A stretch of DNA of 64,000 nucleotides. It comes from Candidatus Azobacteroides sp. Its GTDB lineage: Bacteria > Bacteroidota > Bacteroidia > Bacteroidales > WRGA01. Shown piece by piece: positions 21,721-31,058 of this stretch. Location of the stretch: assembly GCA_009787405.1 (NCBI GenBank), contig WRGA01000124.1, positions 9,706-73,705 on the forward strand, read 5' to 3'. The translations under genes were made by a program, and so were the position numbers. Each line of letters opens with the position of its first letter. Position 1 is the stretch's first letter. The notes below the pieces were generated by a model. That model was not told the DNA's origin, made no database searches, and worked only from the letters and a program-made list of their open reading frames with translations.

Positions 21721-22338
21721 ATGTGGATAGAGCAACCTCCGTTTTTGTATAGAGCTCTTTTTCCCGGTGCCGTCTGGAGAATTTCTTCCCGGGATGAGAA
21801 GCAGGTTTTCCTGACTTTTGACGACGGCCCGATTCCTGAAATAACACCGTGGGTGTTGGATGTATTGGATCAATATGAAGTTAAAGCCTCATTTTTTTGT
21901 GTCGGGGAAAATGTATCAAAATATCCCGATATTTTCCGGAATATCGTGAATCGCAACCATTCGGTCGGAAACCATACGTTCAATCATTTGCAGGGATGGA
22001 AAACATGGACGAAAACATACGTTCAAAATGTCAATAAAGCGGATCAACTCATCGGATCCGCTTTGTTTCGCCCCCCGCACGGGCATATCCGTTTTTTGCA
22101 GTCGGCCGTGCTGATGCACAAATATAATTTTATTATGTGGGATGTCGTGACACGCGATTACAGCAGATTTCTCTCCGGAGAACAGGTTTTGAACAATGTG
22201 AAAAAATACACCCGCAATGGTTCCATCATTGTTTTTCATGATTCTCTGAAAGCTCAAAAGAATTTACGGTATGCGTTGCCTCTTGCCATCGAGCATTTGC
22301 TGAAAGAAGGATATGTGTTTAAAAAGTTAATGACTTGA
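21721..22338 (+). CDS. Polysaccharide deacetylase (CE4/NodB)
   Basis: LTFDDGP, GNHTFNH, FRPPHG, GSIIVFHD. Confidence 0.93.
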   Translation: MWIEQPPFLYRALFPGAVWRISSRDEKQVFLTFDDGPIPEITPWVLDVLDQYEVKASFFCVGENVSKYPDIFRNIVNRNHSVGNHTFNHLQGWKTWTKTYVQNVNKADQLIGSALFRPPHGHIRFLQSAVLMHKYNFIMWDVVTRDYSRFLSGEQVLNNVKKYTRNGSIIVFHDSLKAQKNLRYALPLAIEHLLKEGYVFKKLMT

Positions 22339-22360
22339 TCCCGGCAATTTGATCGAAATC

Positions 22361-23269
22361 ATGAATCGTTCGTCGCTCATAAAAGCGGAAGCTCTCCGTT
22401 TGGGGTTTGACGCCTGCGGAATTGCTCAAGCCGGATTTGTCGGACAACATGCCGCATTTCTCGATGACCGGTTGAAAAAGGGATACGGGGCAGGAATGAA
22501 ATACATGAGTAATCATGTCGAAAAACGATGCGATCCGAGGCTTTTGGTGGAAAATGCCAAGTCTGTCATTGTCGTCGCGTTGAATTATTATCCCGAAAAA
22601 AAACAACCCGGACATCTTCCCCAAATTGCTTATTATGCCTACGGAAATGATTACCACGTCGTTATCCGGAATAAATTGCATCAATTGTCGGAGTATGTCA
22701 ACCGGGAAATCACTTCGGCTTCAGGCAGATGTTTCACCGACAGCGCTCCGGTTTTGGAAAGGTATTGGGCAATGAGGGCCGGCATCGGTTTTATCGGGAA
22801 AAACACCAATCTGATCATTCCGCGGAAAGGGTCTTATTTCTTCTTGGGAGAATTGATTGTCGATATTCCGCTTGAATATGATTCTCCTGTCAAAAAAAAT
22901 TATTGCGGAAAATGTCTGAAATGTTTAGACGCTTGTCCGACCAAAGCATTGGAAAAGCCGTTTTGTTTAGATGCGGGAAAATGTATTTCTTATCTGACCA
23001 TCGAACATAAAGGACAGCCGGATGAAAAATATCACCTTCTGCCGGAAAACAGGTTTTTCGGTTGCGACATTTGCCAGCAAGTTTGTCCGTGGAACCGTTT
23101 CTCACAACCGCACACGCATCCCGAATTAATCTCCGGCAACGAATTGGTATCCAAAAGCACTGAAGAGTGGTTGCGCATGAATGAAGAAGAATTTTCAAAT
23201 CTGGCAAAAAATTCTCCTCTTTTCCGCACCGGATTGAAAAATCTTCAACGAAATCTGCAAAAAAAGTAA
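22361..23269 (+). CDS. queG: Epoxyqueuosine reductase QueG
   Basis: DYH, DSAPVLER, GSYFFLGE, CGKCLKCLDACPT, GCDICQQVCPWN. Confidence 0.93.
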   Translation: MNRSSLIKAEALRLGFDACGIAQAGFVGQHAAFLDDRLKKGYGAGMKYMSNHVEKRCDPRLLVENAKSVIVVALNYYPEKKQPGHLPQIAYYAYGNDYHVVIRNKLHQLSEYVNREITSASGRCFTDSAPVLERYWAMRAGIGFIGKNTNLIIPRKGSYFFLGELIVDIPLEYDSPVKKNYCGKCLKCLDACPTKALEKPFCLDAGKCISYLTIEHKGQPDEKYHLLPENRFFGCDICQQVCPWNRFSQPHTHPELISGNELVSKSTEEWLRMNEEEFSNLAKNSPLFRTGLKNLQRNLQKK

Positions 23270-23296
23270 AAAGGATAAATGCCGGATCCGTATTTT

Positions 23297-23491
23297 TTAT
23301 TTTTTACCTTCATTCGTTTCATTGTCATCGTCGTTGATTTCTTTCATTCCCTCTTTAAAGCTTTTGACGCCTTTTCCGAGTCCTTTCATCAATTCGGGAA
23401 TTTTTTTCCCTCCGAAAAGAAGTAAAATCGCGACGATGATAATGATTAATTCGGGGGTTCCCAAGGGGCCTATCAGCAGAAATGTTTCCAT
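23297..23491 (-). CDS. tatA: Twin-arginine translocase TatA/E
   Basis: [25 protein letters not shown]. Confidence 0.95.
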   Translation of the reverse strand: METFLLIGPLGTPELIIIIVAILLLFGGKKIPELMKGLGKGVKSFKEGMKEINDDDNETNEGKK

Positions 23492-23519
23492 ACGTTACTG
23501 TTTTATTTTTTCAACAAAA

Positions 23520-23945
23520 TTACATGGGGTTGACGGAATAGGGCATCGGGTCTTTGACCGAGATGATGCTGTCGACGATATACCGGCTGTATCCGCGCCA
23601 AGGAATGGCTTTCCGGTATTCTTTGTAATGCAGCTGCAGATCTTTTCCGCTCAATAGTTCCAGACGTTCGGCCAATTTTTTATCTTCCACCGAAAACGGA
23701 AAATCATTGGATTGAATGCCTTGTCCCGTAATTCCCGGACGAATGCCCACCTGAATCAGCCGGCCTTCATACGTTTTGAAAACATATCCTTTGTAAACCA
23801 AGTTATTCAGTTGTCCGTTTTTCACCCCGTCTCCGAATACAAAATAATACTGGAAGTAGAAAAATCCGCCTCCTCCCACGATCAAAATAAGGAGAAGAAT
23901 GAACAGGATTTTTCTTCGTTTAGGTTTATGTTCAGGAGTATCCAT
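23520..23945 (-). CDS. Conserved membrane-anchored hypothetical protein
   Basis: Single TM, then KGYVFKTYEG and LHYKEY...PWRG motifs typical of a Bacteroidota family. Confidence 0.7.
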   Translation of the reverse strand: MDTPEHKPKRRKILFILLLILIVGGGGFFYFQYYFVFGDGVKNGQLNNLVYKGYVFKTYEGRLIQVGIRPGITGQGIQSNDFPFSVEDKKLAERLELLSGKDLQLHYKEYRKAIPWRGYSRYIVDSIISVKDPMPYSVNPM

Positions 23946-24102
23946 ATTTTACTTGTTGTTATTGGTTACGCATTTGCGAGATACAAAATTCCGCATAAAT
24001 GTTAAAATCGCTGTGGTTTGTTCGACAAAAATAAGAATTTGTTTTATGCCGGACATCAAAATCGTCTTATATTTGCATTTAATTCGGAATAATGAAGATT
24101 AT

Positions 24103-26112
24103 ATGAAAAAATTAACAATTATAGGGTTGGTATTGTCGAGCTCATGGTGTATTTCGGCACAAATTCTTAAGCCCGTCAAATGGTCGTATGCCATAAAAGA
24201 TTCAAAAACACCTGAAACTGAGATTATCATTACCGCCAAAATCGATAAGGGCTGGCATTTATACGACATGAATCTGCCCGAAGGCGGCCCGATTTCCACG
24301 TCGTTCACCTTCGACGAAATAAAAGGAGCCAAACTGAAAGGGAAGGTAACCGCACAAAACGCTTCCTTAAAAAGTTTCGACCCAAACTTTGAAATGGATT
24401 TGCGCCGGTTCGAAAATACGGCTGTTTTTGTCCAAAAAATTGTCATTACCGACAAAAAAACGTTTTCGATAAAAGGAACGACCGAGTTTATGGCCTGCAA
24501 TGACAGTCAGTGTCTGCAACCGACAAAAGATGAATTCGGGTTCGATGCGGAAAGCATCGCCGGGATGAATGTCGAGGCATTATCCGATGTCAAAAAACAA
24601 TCTTTGCCCGATTCGGCGGTTTTATCTGTCGATTCGGCGAAAACAGCCGTCGGGACATCCATACCTGTACCTTTACCTTCTGACTCGGTCTGGTGGAAAC
24701 CGGTGATCGCGGAGTTGCAAAATTACGGCGAACACGATTTGGCCGATAAAGCATGGTACCTCATTTTCTTTTTGGGTTTTGCGGGCGGATTGCTGGCATT
24801 GCTCACACCGTGTGTCTGGCCGATTATTCCCATGACCGTCAGCTTTTTCCTGAAACGCAACGACAACCGGAAAAAAGCCGTCCGACAAAGTTTTATCTAC
24901 GGTATCTCCATCATTGTCATTTATTTGGCGTTGGGGTTGATCATCACGGCGATATTCGGCGCAAGCGCTTTAAATGATTTATCGACTAATGCCGTTTTCA
25001 ATTTGTTGTTTTTTGCCCTGCTGATTGTATTTGCCGTTTCGTTTTTCGGAGCGTTTGAGATCACGTTACCGTCGTCATGGACCAATAAAATGAATGATAA
25101 GGCCGATAGTTCAATGGGTTTGTTGAGCATTTTTTTCATGGCATTTACGCTTGTCTTGGTGTCGTTTTCGTGTACAGGCCCCATCATCGGCACATTACTG
25201 GTGCAGGCGGCATCCATGGGAGCAACCCTCGGGCCGGCAATCGGGATGTTTGGCTTTGCATTGGCTTTGGCCATTCCGTTCACGCTGTTTGCAATCTTCC
25301 CGTCGTGGCTGAAAGAATTGCCCAAATCGGGAGGTTGGTTGAATTCGGTGAAAGTCGTTCTCGGATTTTTGGAACTGGCTCTTGCCCTGAAATTTCTCTC
25401 GGTCGCCGATTTGGCTTATCATTGGAATATCCTCGACCGGGAAGTGTTTTTGTCTTTATGGATTGCTGTTTTTGCTTTGCTCGGATTTTATCTGCTGGGG
25501 AAAATCAAATTCCCGCACGACGGTGAAGTCAAACACGTTTCCATTCCGCGTGTTTTTTTGGCATGGATCACTTTTGCATTTACGATCTATCTTATTCCCG
25601 GGTTATGGGGAGCGCCGCTGAAATCGATCAGCGCTTTTTCGCCTCCGTTGTTTACGCAAGATTTTAATTTATACACCGGTCAGGTGCATGCGAAATTCAA
25701 TGATTATGAAACGGGAATGGAATATGCGCGAAAAAACGGAAAGCCGGTGATCATCGATTTTTCGGGATATGGGTGTGTCAATTGCCGGAAAATGGAAGCC
25801 GCTGTTTGGACTGATTCGAAAGTGAAGGATTTGCTGGAAAAAGATTATGTGTTGATCACTCTTTTTGTCGACGACAAAGCGTTGTTACCGGCTCCGATAT
25901 CGGTTGACGACGACGGAAAGAACCGCACGCTCAAAACCGTCGGAGACAAATGGGGGTACCTGCAACGCCATAAATTCGGAGCCAATGCGCAACCTTTTTA
26001 TGTTTTGCTGAATAACGAAGGCAACCCGATCGCCAAATCGTACAGCTACGATGAAAATATCGAGAAATTTGTCACATATTTACAACACGGCTTGAAAGAA
26101 TACAAAAACTGA
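24103..26112 (+). CDS. dsbD: Protein-disulfide reductase DsbD family
   Basis: CNDSQC, LTPCVWP, SCTGP, SGGWL, GCVNC; start ATG 24103 after a TATATTTG box at 24068. Confidence 0.9.
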   Translation: MKKLTIIGLVLSSSWCISAQILKPVKWSYAIKDSKTPETEIIITAKIDKGWHLYDMNLPEGGPISTSFTFDEIKGAKLKGKVTAQNASLKSFDPNFEMDLRRFENTAVFVQKIVITDKKTFSIKGTTEFMACNDSQCLQPTKDEFGFDAESIAGMNVEALSDVKKQSLPDSAVLSVDSAKTAVGTSIPVPLPSDSVWWKPVIAELQNYGEHDLADKAWYLIFFLGFAGGLLALLTPCVWPIIPMTVSFFLKRNDNRKKAVRQSFIYGISIIVIYLALGLIITAIFGASALNDLSTNAVFNLLFFALLIVFAVSFFGAFEITLPSSWTNKMNDKADSSMGLLSIFFMAFTLVLVSFSCTGPIIGTLLVQAASMGATLGPAIGMFGFALALAIPFTLFAIFPSWLKELPKSGGWLNSVKVVLGFLELALALKFLSVADLAYHWNILDREVFLSLWIAVFALLGFYLLGKIKFPHDGEVKHVSIPRVFLAWITFAFTIYLIPGLWGAPLKSISAFSPPLFTQDFNLYTGQVHAKFNDYETGMEYARKNGKPVIIDFSGYGCVNCRKMEAAVWTDSKVKDLLEKDYVLITLFVDDKALLPAPISVDDDGKNRTLKTVGDKWGYLQRHKFGANAQPFYVLLNNEGNPIAKSYSYDENIEKFVTYLQHGLKEYKN

Positions 26113-26551
26113 TAAATACGTTGTTTCGGGATGATTAACAGACATTATATTGATTAAATGATAACTATACTGATTATCAATTTGTTTAATATCTAAAAAT
26201 TGCTTATTCTATATAAACTCTAATATCTGCAATAAGCCCGCATTTAATGCCGAAACCACTGTATTTTATTGATTTTCAATACTCTTCCGATGACTCTGAC
26301 ACCGCCTGCTGTCAAGCGTCAGCTCTATTATTTTCTCTTTAATTACTTGAGTATATGCATTATAGCGATATTCCCGTTGCAATGAGAGCATAATATTTCG
26401 GGGATATGTATCATTTGGTTTTTTTGAAAAAATAACACCTTTCAGTCAATTTAAGCACTACCTCGGAATCGATGCAAACTACAACCGGTTTTTAAAATAA
26501 TATTTTTTACGCCGATTCTTCTCCTTTTTAACAATTCTTAAACAAATTTAT

Positions 26552-26659
26552 TTTGATAAACCAAGGAGTTCTCACTACTTTTGCCTCGTAATTTTTTCAT
26601 AGTATTAGATTTAAGGTTAATAACTAAAGATTGGTTGTCGGGATGACAACCTTTTTTTT
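26552..26659 (+). ncRNA. Candidate sRNA paralogue 1 (promoter plus ~70 nt RNA with intrinsic terminator)
   Basis: TTTG(26552)-N20-TACTTTTG(26576); core TTTTCATAGTATTAGATTTAAGGTTAA; GGTTGTC-GGGAT-GACAACC-T8. Confidence 0.75.
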
Positions 26660-26755
26660 GCCCGTTTTTCATACAATCTGACTCCTATCCTTATTCTCTT
26701 CTTTTTCAGACTGTACCTTATTGATAAAACCTTTGTACAAAATAAGAGAATATGG

Positions 26756-26833
26756 ATGTCGTAAAACCGTTTTATATTTTAAACGCCAAGGCACAAAGAC
26801 GGAAAGACGCGAAGTTTAAATTCTTTGTGGCTT
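26756..26833. mobile_element. MITE-like repeat family, partial copy 2 (opposite orientation to copy 1)
   Basis: ATGTCGTAAAACCGTTTTATATTTTAAACGCCAAGGCACAAAGACGGAAAGACGCGAAGTTTAAATTCTTTG matches 47780-47860. Confidence 0.65.
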
Positions 26834-27116
26834 TCTATCGGACAACATGTCCTTTCGAATGAATAGTGACGGACAACATGTCCGCCACGGCGGGGAAAAT
26901 AGGAGTTGTCTATATCCGTTTAACGATGCATTTTCATCAAATACAGCATGAAAGTGCCGGCAAAAGAATAAACTATCTGCCAATATTTTTACATAAAAAA
27001 AGGAAAAATACGTCATAATCGCCCTATTTGAGGCAAAATCAATAAACTTCCCATTAATAGTCAAACAGTATTTAACTTAAAGTACTATATTCATTAACAA
27101 TTTTTAAGGCAATTTT

Positions 27117-27222
27117 TTTGGAAATACATTCAAATCATGCATACATTTGCACTGTGTTTTTCATGGTATTAGATTTAAGGTTAACAAAAGAAGATTGGTT
27201 GTCGGGATGACAACCTTTTTTT
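27117..27222 (+). ncRNA. Candidate sRNA paralogue 2
   Basis: TTTG(27117)-N21-TACATTTG(27142); same core and identical terminator. Confidence 0.75.
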
Positions 27223-27275
27223 ATTTATACCGGTTCCGTCATGCTTACTTATTAACAATTATTAGAGTAAAAAAT

Positions 27276-27486
27276 TTTGAAATTCAGACCATCCGGACTT
27301 ACCTTTACAGCGTGATTTTTCATGGTATTAGATTTAAGGAATTATCACAAAATAAATAGAACACCTAAAACAGCTAATTACCTGTAAATGTGTAATTTAA
27401 TTTATATAAGTGTTACATTTATTTATTGACAATTCTTAAGGTTAACAAAAAGAAAGATTGGTTGTCGGGATGACAACCTTTTTTTT
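27276..27486 (+). ncRNA. Candidate sRNA paralogue 3, interrupted by a 97 bp insertion
   Basis: TTTG(27276)-N20-TACCTTTA(27300); core is split at TTAAG; identical terminator at 27460-27486. Confidence 0.65.
27339..27435. mobile_element. 97 bp MITE with terminal inverted repeats and 5 bp target duplication
   Basis: Left end GAATTATCACAAAATAAAT vs revcomp of right end GAATTGTCAATAAATAAAT; TTAAG at 27334-27338 and 27436-27440. Confidence 0.75.
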
Positions 27487-27646
27487 GCCCCTACCCTACT
27501 CGATCCGGTTAATTCAACCGTTAATATTTATAGAGAAATCACAAATTATCCTATCTTTGTATTTTAATTTCAGGCGGATAAATTACCAAACCACATTCAC
27601 AAAATCATTAACCCGGGATCAACAAACACGAACATCATATTGTATT

Positions 27647-29719
27647 ATGGCTAAAATAATGATAAATGATCAATTGATCAACCCCCAAAGCATAGTGGTG
27701 GTCGGAGCTTCAAATGATATTCACAAACCGGGCGGAAAAATCGTGAAAAATCTGCTCGACGGAAAATACGAAGGCCGGTTATATGCCGTCAATTATAAAG
27801 AAACCGAAATCCAAGGCATCCGATCCTACCCGAACATCCATGATATTCCCGACACAGATCTGGCAATTTTAGCTATTCCGGCAGCATCCTGCCCGGAAGT
27901 GACCGCCGTTTTGGTCAACCGGAAAAACGTCAAAGCCCTTATCATCATATCTGCCGGATTCGGGGAAGAAACTCCCGAAGGCGCCAAACTGGAAGAACAA
28001 ATCCTGAATACCGTCAACCATGCCGGCGCGGCGTTAATCGGCCCCAATTGCATCGGATTGATTACGCCATACCATCACAGTGTATTTTCCCGTCCGATTC
28101 CCGATTTGCACCCTCAAGGCGTGGATTTGATTTCCAGTTCGGGGGGGACGGCTCTTTTCATCATGGAATCGGCCATGAACAAAGGACTTCGCTTCGCATC
28201 GGTATGGTCGGTCGGTAACGCGAAACAAATCGGTGTGGAAGAAGTGCTGGAATATATGGATATTCATTTCGACATCGAAAAGGATTCCAAACTGAAAATG
28301 CTTTACATCGAAAGCATCAAAAATCCCGACAAACTTTTAAAACACGCCTCTTCTCTCATCAAAAAAGGATGTAAAATAGCCGGAATCAAAGCCGGATCAA
28401 CCACATCGGGACAACGAGCGGCGACATCGCATACAGGAGCAATCGCCAATTCCGACTCGGCAGTGGAAGCTTTATTCAGAAAAGCCGGAATCGTTCGTTG
28501 TTACAGTCGCGAAGAATTAACCACGATCGCTTGTGTTTTCACATTGAAAAAATTGACGGGAAAAAACATCGGAATCGTCACCCATGCCGGAGGACCTGCG
28601 GTATTGCTCGCCGACGCCTTGTCGAAAGGAGGATTGAATGTTCCCTTTCTCTCCGGCCTGGTCGCCGACGAACTGAAAAGCAAACTTTTTCCCGGAGCAG
28701 CCGTCGGCAATCCCATCGATATTATCGGAACAGGCACCCCGGAGCATTTGGGAATTGCCATCGATTATTGCGAAAAACGATTCGATAACATTGATGAAAT
28801 CATCGTTATTTTCGGAACACCGGGATTGGTAAAAGTATATGAGGCTTACCGTGTGTTAGACGAAAAAATGAATACTTCGACCAAGCCGATCTTTCCGGTT
28901 CTGCCCTCTGTCACCACAGCAGAAGGAGAAGTAAAAGATTTCATTAAAAAGGGGCATGTCAATTTTTCCGATGAAGTACTTTTGGGAACGGCCATAACGA
29001 GAATTATGCAAACCGCCGGGCCTACGGTCGGAGAAATCGAACTGGACGGTGTGAATATTCCCGAAATCAGACGCATCATCGACTCCATCAATCAACCGGG
29101 TTATATTCCTCCGGCACTCACTCAACAATTGTTAAAATCGGCGGGCATCCCGCTTGTCAAAGAATTTGTCTCTTCCGACAAAAAAGAAATCATTGATTTC
29201 TCCAAAGAAATCGGATTTCCGGTAGTGATCAAAGCCGTAGGCCCCGTTCACAAATCGGATGTCGGGGGCGTTGTTTTGGACATCAAATCGAGCCGCCATT
29301 TAGAATTTGAGTTCGAACGAATAATGAATATTCCCGAAGCGACGGCCGTACTGATCCAACCGATGTTATCGGGAAGAGAACTTTTCATCGGGGCAAAATA
29401 TGAAAATAAATTCGGTCATATCGTACTTTGCGGATTAGGCGGAATTTTCGTCGAAGTGCTGAAAGACATTGCCTACGGATTGGCGCCGTTGAGCTATTCT
29501 GAAGCTTTTTCGATGATCCGGTCGTTGAAATCATACAAAATCATCAAAGGAACCCGCGGACAAAAAGGAATCGACGAAAACGAGTTTGCCGAAATCATTG
29601 TCCGACTATCGACATTGCTGCGTTTCGCAACCGAAATCAAAGAAATCGACATCAATCCGCTTTTGGCAACTCCGACCGGGATTATTGCCGTAGACGCACG
29701 AATAAGAATAGAAGAATAA
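27647..29719 (+). CDS. Acetate/acyl-CoA ligase (ADP-forming), fused alpha-beta
   Basis: SIVVVGAS, IGPNCIG, SHTGA phospho-His, HKSDVGGV, EIDINPL; start ATG 27647. Confidence 0.9.
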   Translation: MAKIMINDQLINPQSIVVVGASNDIHKPGGKIVKNLLDGKYEGRLYAVNYKETEIQGIRSYPNIHDIPDTDLAILAIPAASCPEVTAVLVNRKNVKALIIISAGFGEETPEGAKLEEQILNTVNHAGAALIGPNCIGLITPYHHSVFSRPIPDLHPQGVDLISSSGGTALFIMESAMNKGLRFASVWSVGNAKQIGVEEVLEYMDIHFDIEKDSKLKMLYIESIKNPDKLLKHASSLIKKGCKIAGIKAGSTTSGQRAATSHTGAIANSDSAVEALFRKAGIVRCYSREELTTIACVFTLKKLTGKNIGIVTHAGGPAVLLADALSKGGLNVPFLSGLVADELKSKLFPGAAVGNPIDIIGTGTPEHLGIAIDYCEKRFDNIDEIIVIFGTPGLVKVYEAYRVLDEKMNTSTKPIFPVLPSVTTAEGEVKDFIKKGHVNFSDEVLLGTAITRIMQTAGPTVGEIELDGVNIPEIRRIIDSINQPGYIPPALTQQLLKSAGIPLVKEFVSSDKKEIIDFSKEIGFPVVIKAVGPVHKSDVGGVVLDIKSSRHLEFEFERIMNIPEATAVLIQPMLSGRELFIGAKYENKFGHIVLCGLGGIFVEVLKDIAYGLAPLSYSEAFSMIRSLKSYKIIKGTRGQKGIDENEFAEIIVRLSTLLRFATEIKEIDINPLLATPTGIIAVDARIRIEE

Positions 29720-29725
29720 AAACGA

Positions 29726-31018
29726 ATGAAAAGAACTTTTGCACTGCTTTTATCGATCACCGGTTTTACCGGTTTACATGCTCAACAAAAATTGTCGCAG
29801 CCGGTTAATCCCGACAGCCTGTTCTTCGACAAAAAAGAATACTATCTCCGGTTTTATTATGATACATTAAAATACAACCCGTTGTTCATGCCGTTGGTTT
29901 TTGACGGAAAATGGCTTCCGGATACGCTTTCTTTGGCCCAAAAACCGAAAGCCGCAGCAATACTGCCTGTTCCGGAAACTTCTTTCCGTTCGCTATATAC
30001 CGACAGCTCCGACCGAAAATCACAAGACTTCCGGAATTTTATACATCAATCCGCCAAAAATTATATGTATGCCAAATATCCGCAATCTGTCAAATACAAC
30101 CGGTCGATGTTGCCGGAAAAAGTTCCGGAACAAAAGAAAATAAAACCGAATACGCTGAAAGATCTTTTCACGCCCGAACCGGATGTCAGACTCAGTGTCG
30201 ATAATATACAAAGAGCCGTTCCCAAAGAAGTATTTTGGTGGAAAACCATCAACAGTACCCTCAATTTCACTCAAAATTATATTTCACCGAATTGGTACAA
30301 AGGAGGAGAAAGCAACAACTCGCTGCTGAATATTCAAAACATAAAATTCGGGTATAATGACAAGAAAAAGATTCAATTTGAAACCGAAATCGAATGCAAA
30401 TTCAGTTTTTACAGTTCTCCGAACGACACCATCCGGTCACTCCGGGTAAGCGATGATGCGACTTTCCTGAAAAGCAAGCTCGGATATAAAGCCGTCGAAA
30501 ACTTCTATTATACTTTCTCGACGGAGTTCAGAACCCAATTATTCAACAACTACAAAGCAAACAGTAGAGAAAGAATCTCGTCCATATTATCGCCCGCAAA
30601 CTTGTATGTCAGCCTCGGAATGGATTATAAGGTAAAAAGCAAAAAAGTAACCCTGTCAGTCATTTTGTCTCCCATATCCTATCGCCTGATACATGTAAAA
30701 GACCCGGAGGTAAATCCCGTTAATTTCGGAGTAGATGCGGGAAAAACCACAAAAAGCACATTCGGTTCGATGTTGACTTCCGACATGACATGGAGTTTCA
30801 ACAAACAGATTAATTGGGTATCCCGATTGTATTATTATACGACCTATAACAAGGTGGAGGCTGAATGGGAAAACACATTCAATTTTATTTTGAACCGGTA
30901 TCTGGCCACCAAATTCATTGTTCACAGCCGATTCGACGACAGTGTTTCCCGGAATAACGATTTAGGCTATTATCAATTAAGAGAATTGTTAAGCTTCGGA
31001 CTTTCATACAAATGGTAA
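29726..31018 (+). CDS. DUF3078 outer-membrane beta-barrel protein
   Basis: Signal peptide; QNYISPNWYKGGE; C-terminal LSFGLSYKW. Confidence 0.8.
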   Translation: MKRTFALLLSITGFTGLHAQQKLSQPVNPDSLFFDKKEYYLRFYYDTLKYNPLFMPLVFDGKWLPDTLSLAQKPKAAAILPVPETSFRSLYTDSSDRKSQDFRNFIHQSAKNYMYAKYPQSVKYNRSMLPEKVPEQKKIKPNTLKDLFTPEPDVRLSVDNIQRAVPKEVFWWKTINSTLNFTQNYISPNWYKGGESNNSLLNIQNIKFGYNDKKKIQFETEIECKFSFYSSPNDTIRSLRVSDDATFLKSKLGYKAVENFYYTFSTEFRTQLFNNYKANSRERISSILSPANLYVSLGMDYKVKSKKVTLSVILSPISYRLIHVKDPEVNPVNFGVDAGKTTKSTFGSMLTSDMTWSFNKQINWVSRLYYYTTYNKVEAEWENTFNFILNRYLATKFIVHSRFDDSVSRNNDLGYYQLRELLSFGLSYKW

Positions 31019-31058
31019 TTATGCATCACTTGATTTCACACTAAAAATCTTACATAAA

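Noticed and set aside
23899-24102. N-terminal extensions of dsbD (also corC 8767, DUF4294 60859, MTase 3324)
   Set aside because: They overlap neighbouring genes, promoters or repeats; downstream ATGs give proper signal peptides or family N-termini.
26590-27486. CRISPR array
   Set aside because: Repeats are irregularly spaced (~560 and ~160 bp), each has its own promoter and terminator, and there are no cas genes.
27147-27646. ORF 27147-27359 and the N-terminal extension of ORF 27458-29719
   Set aside because: They are translations of the sRNA repeats (both give VVGMTTFF); the ligase plausibly starts at ATG 27647.
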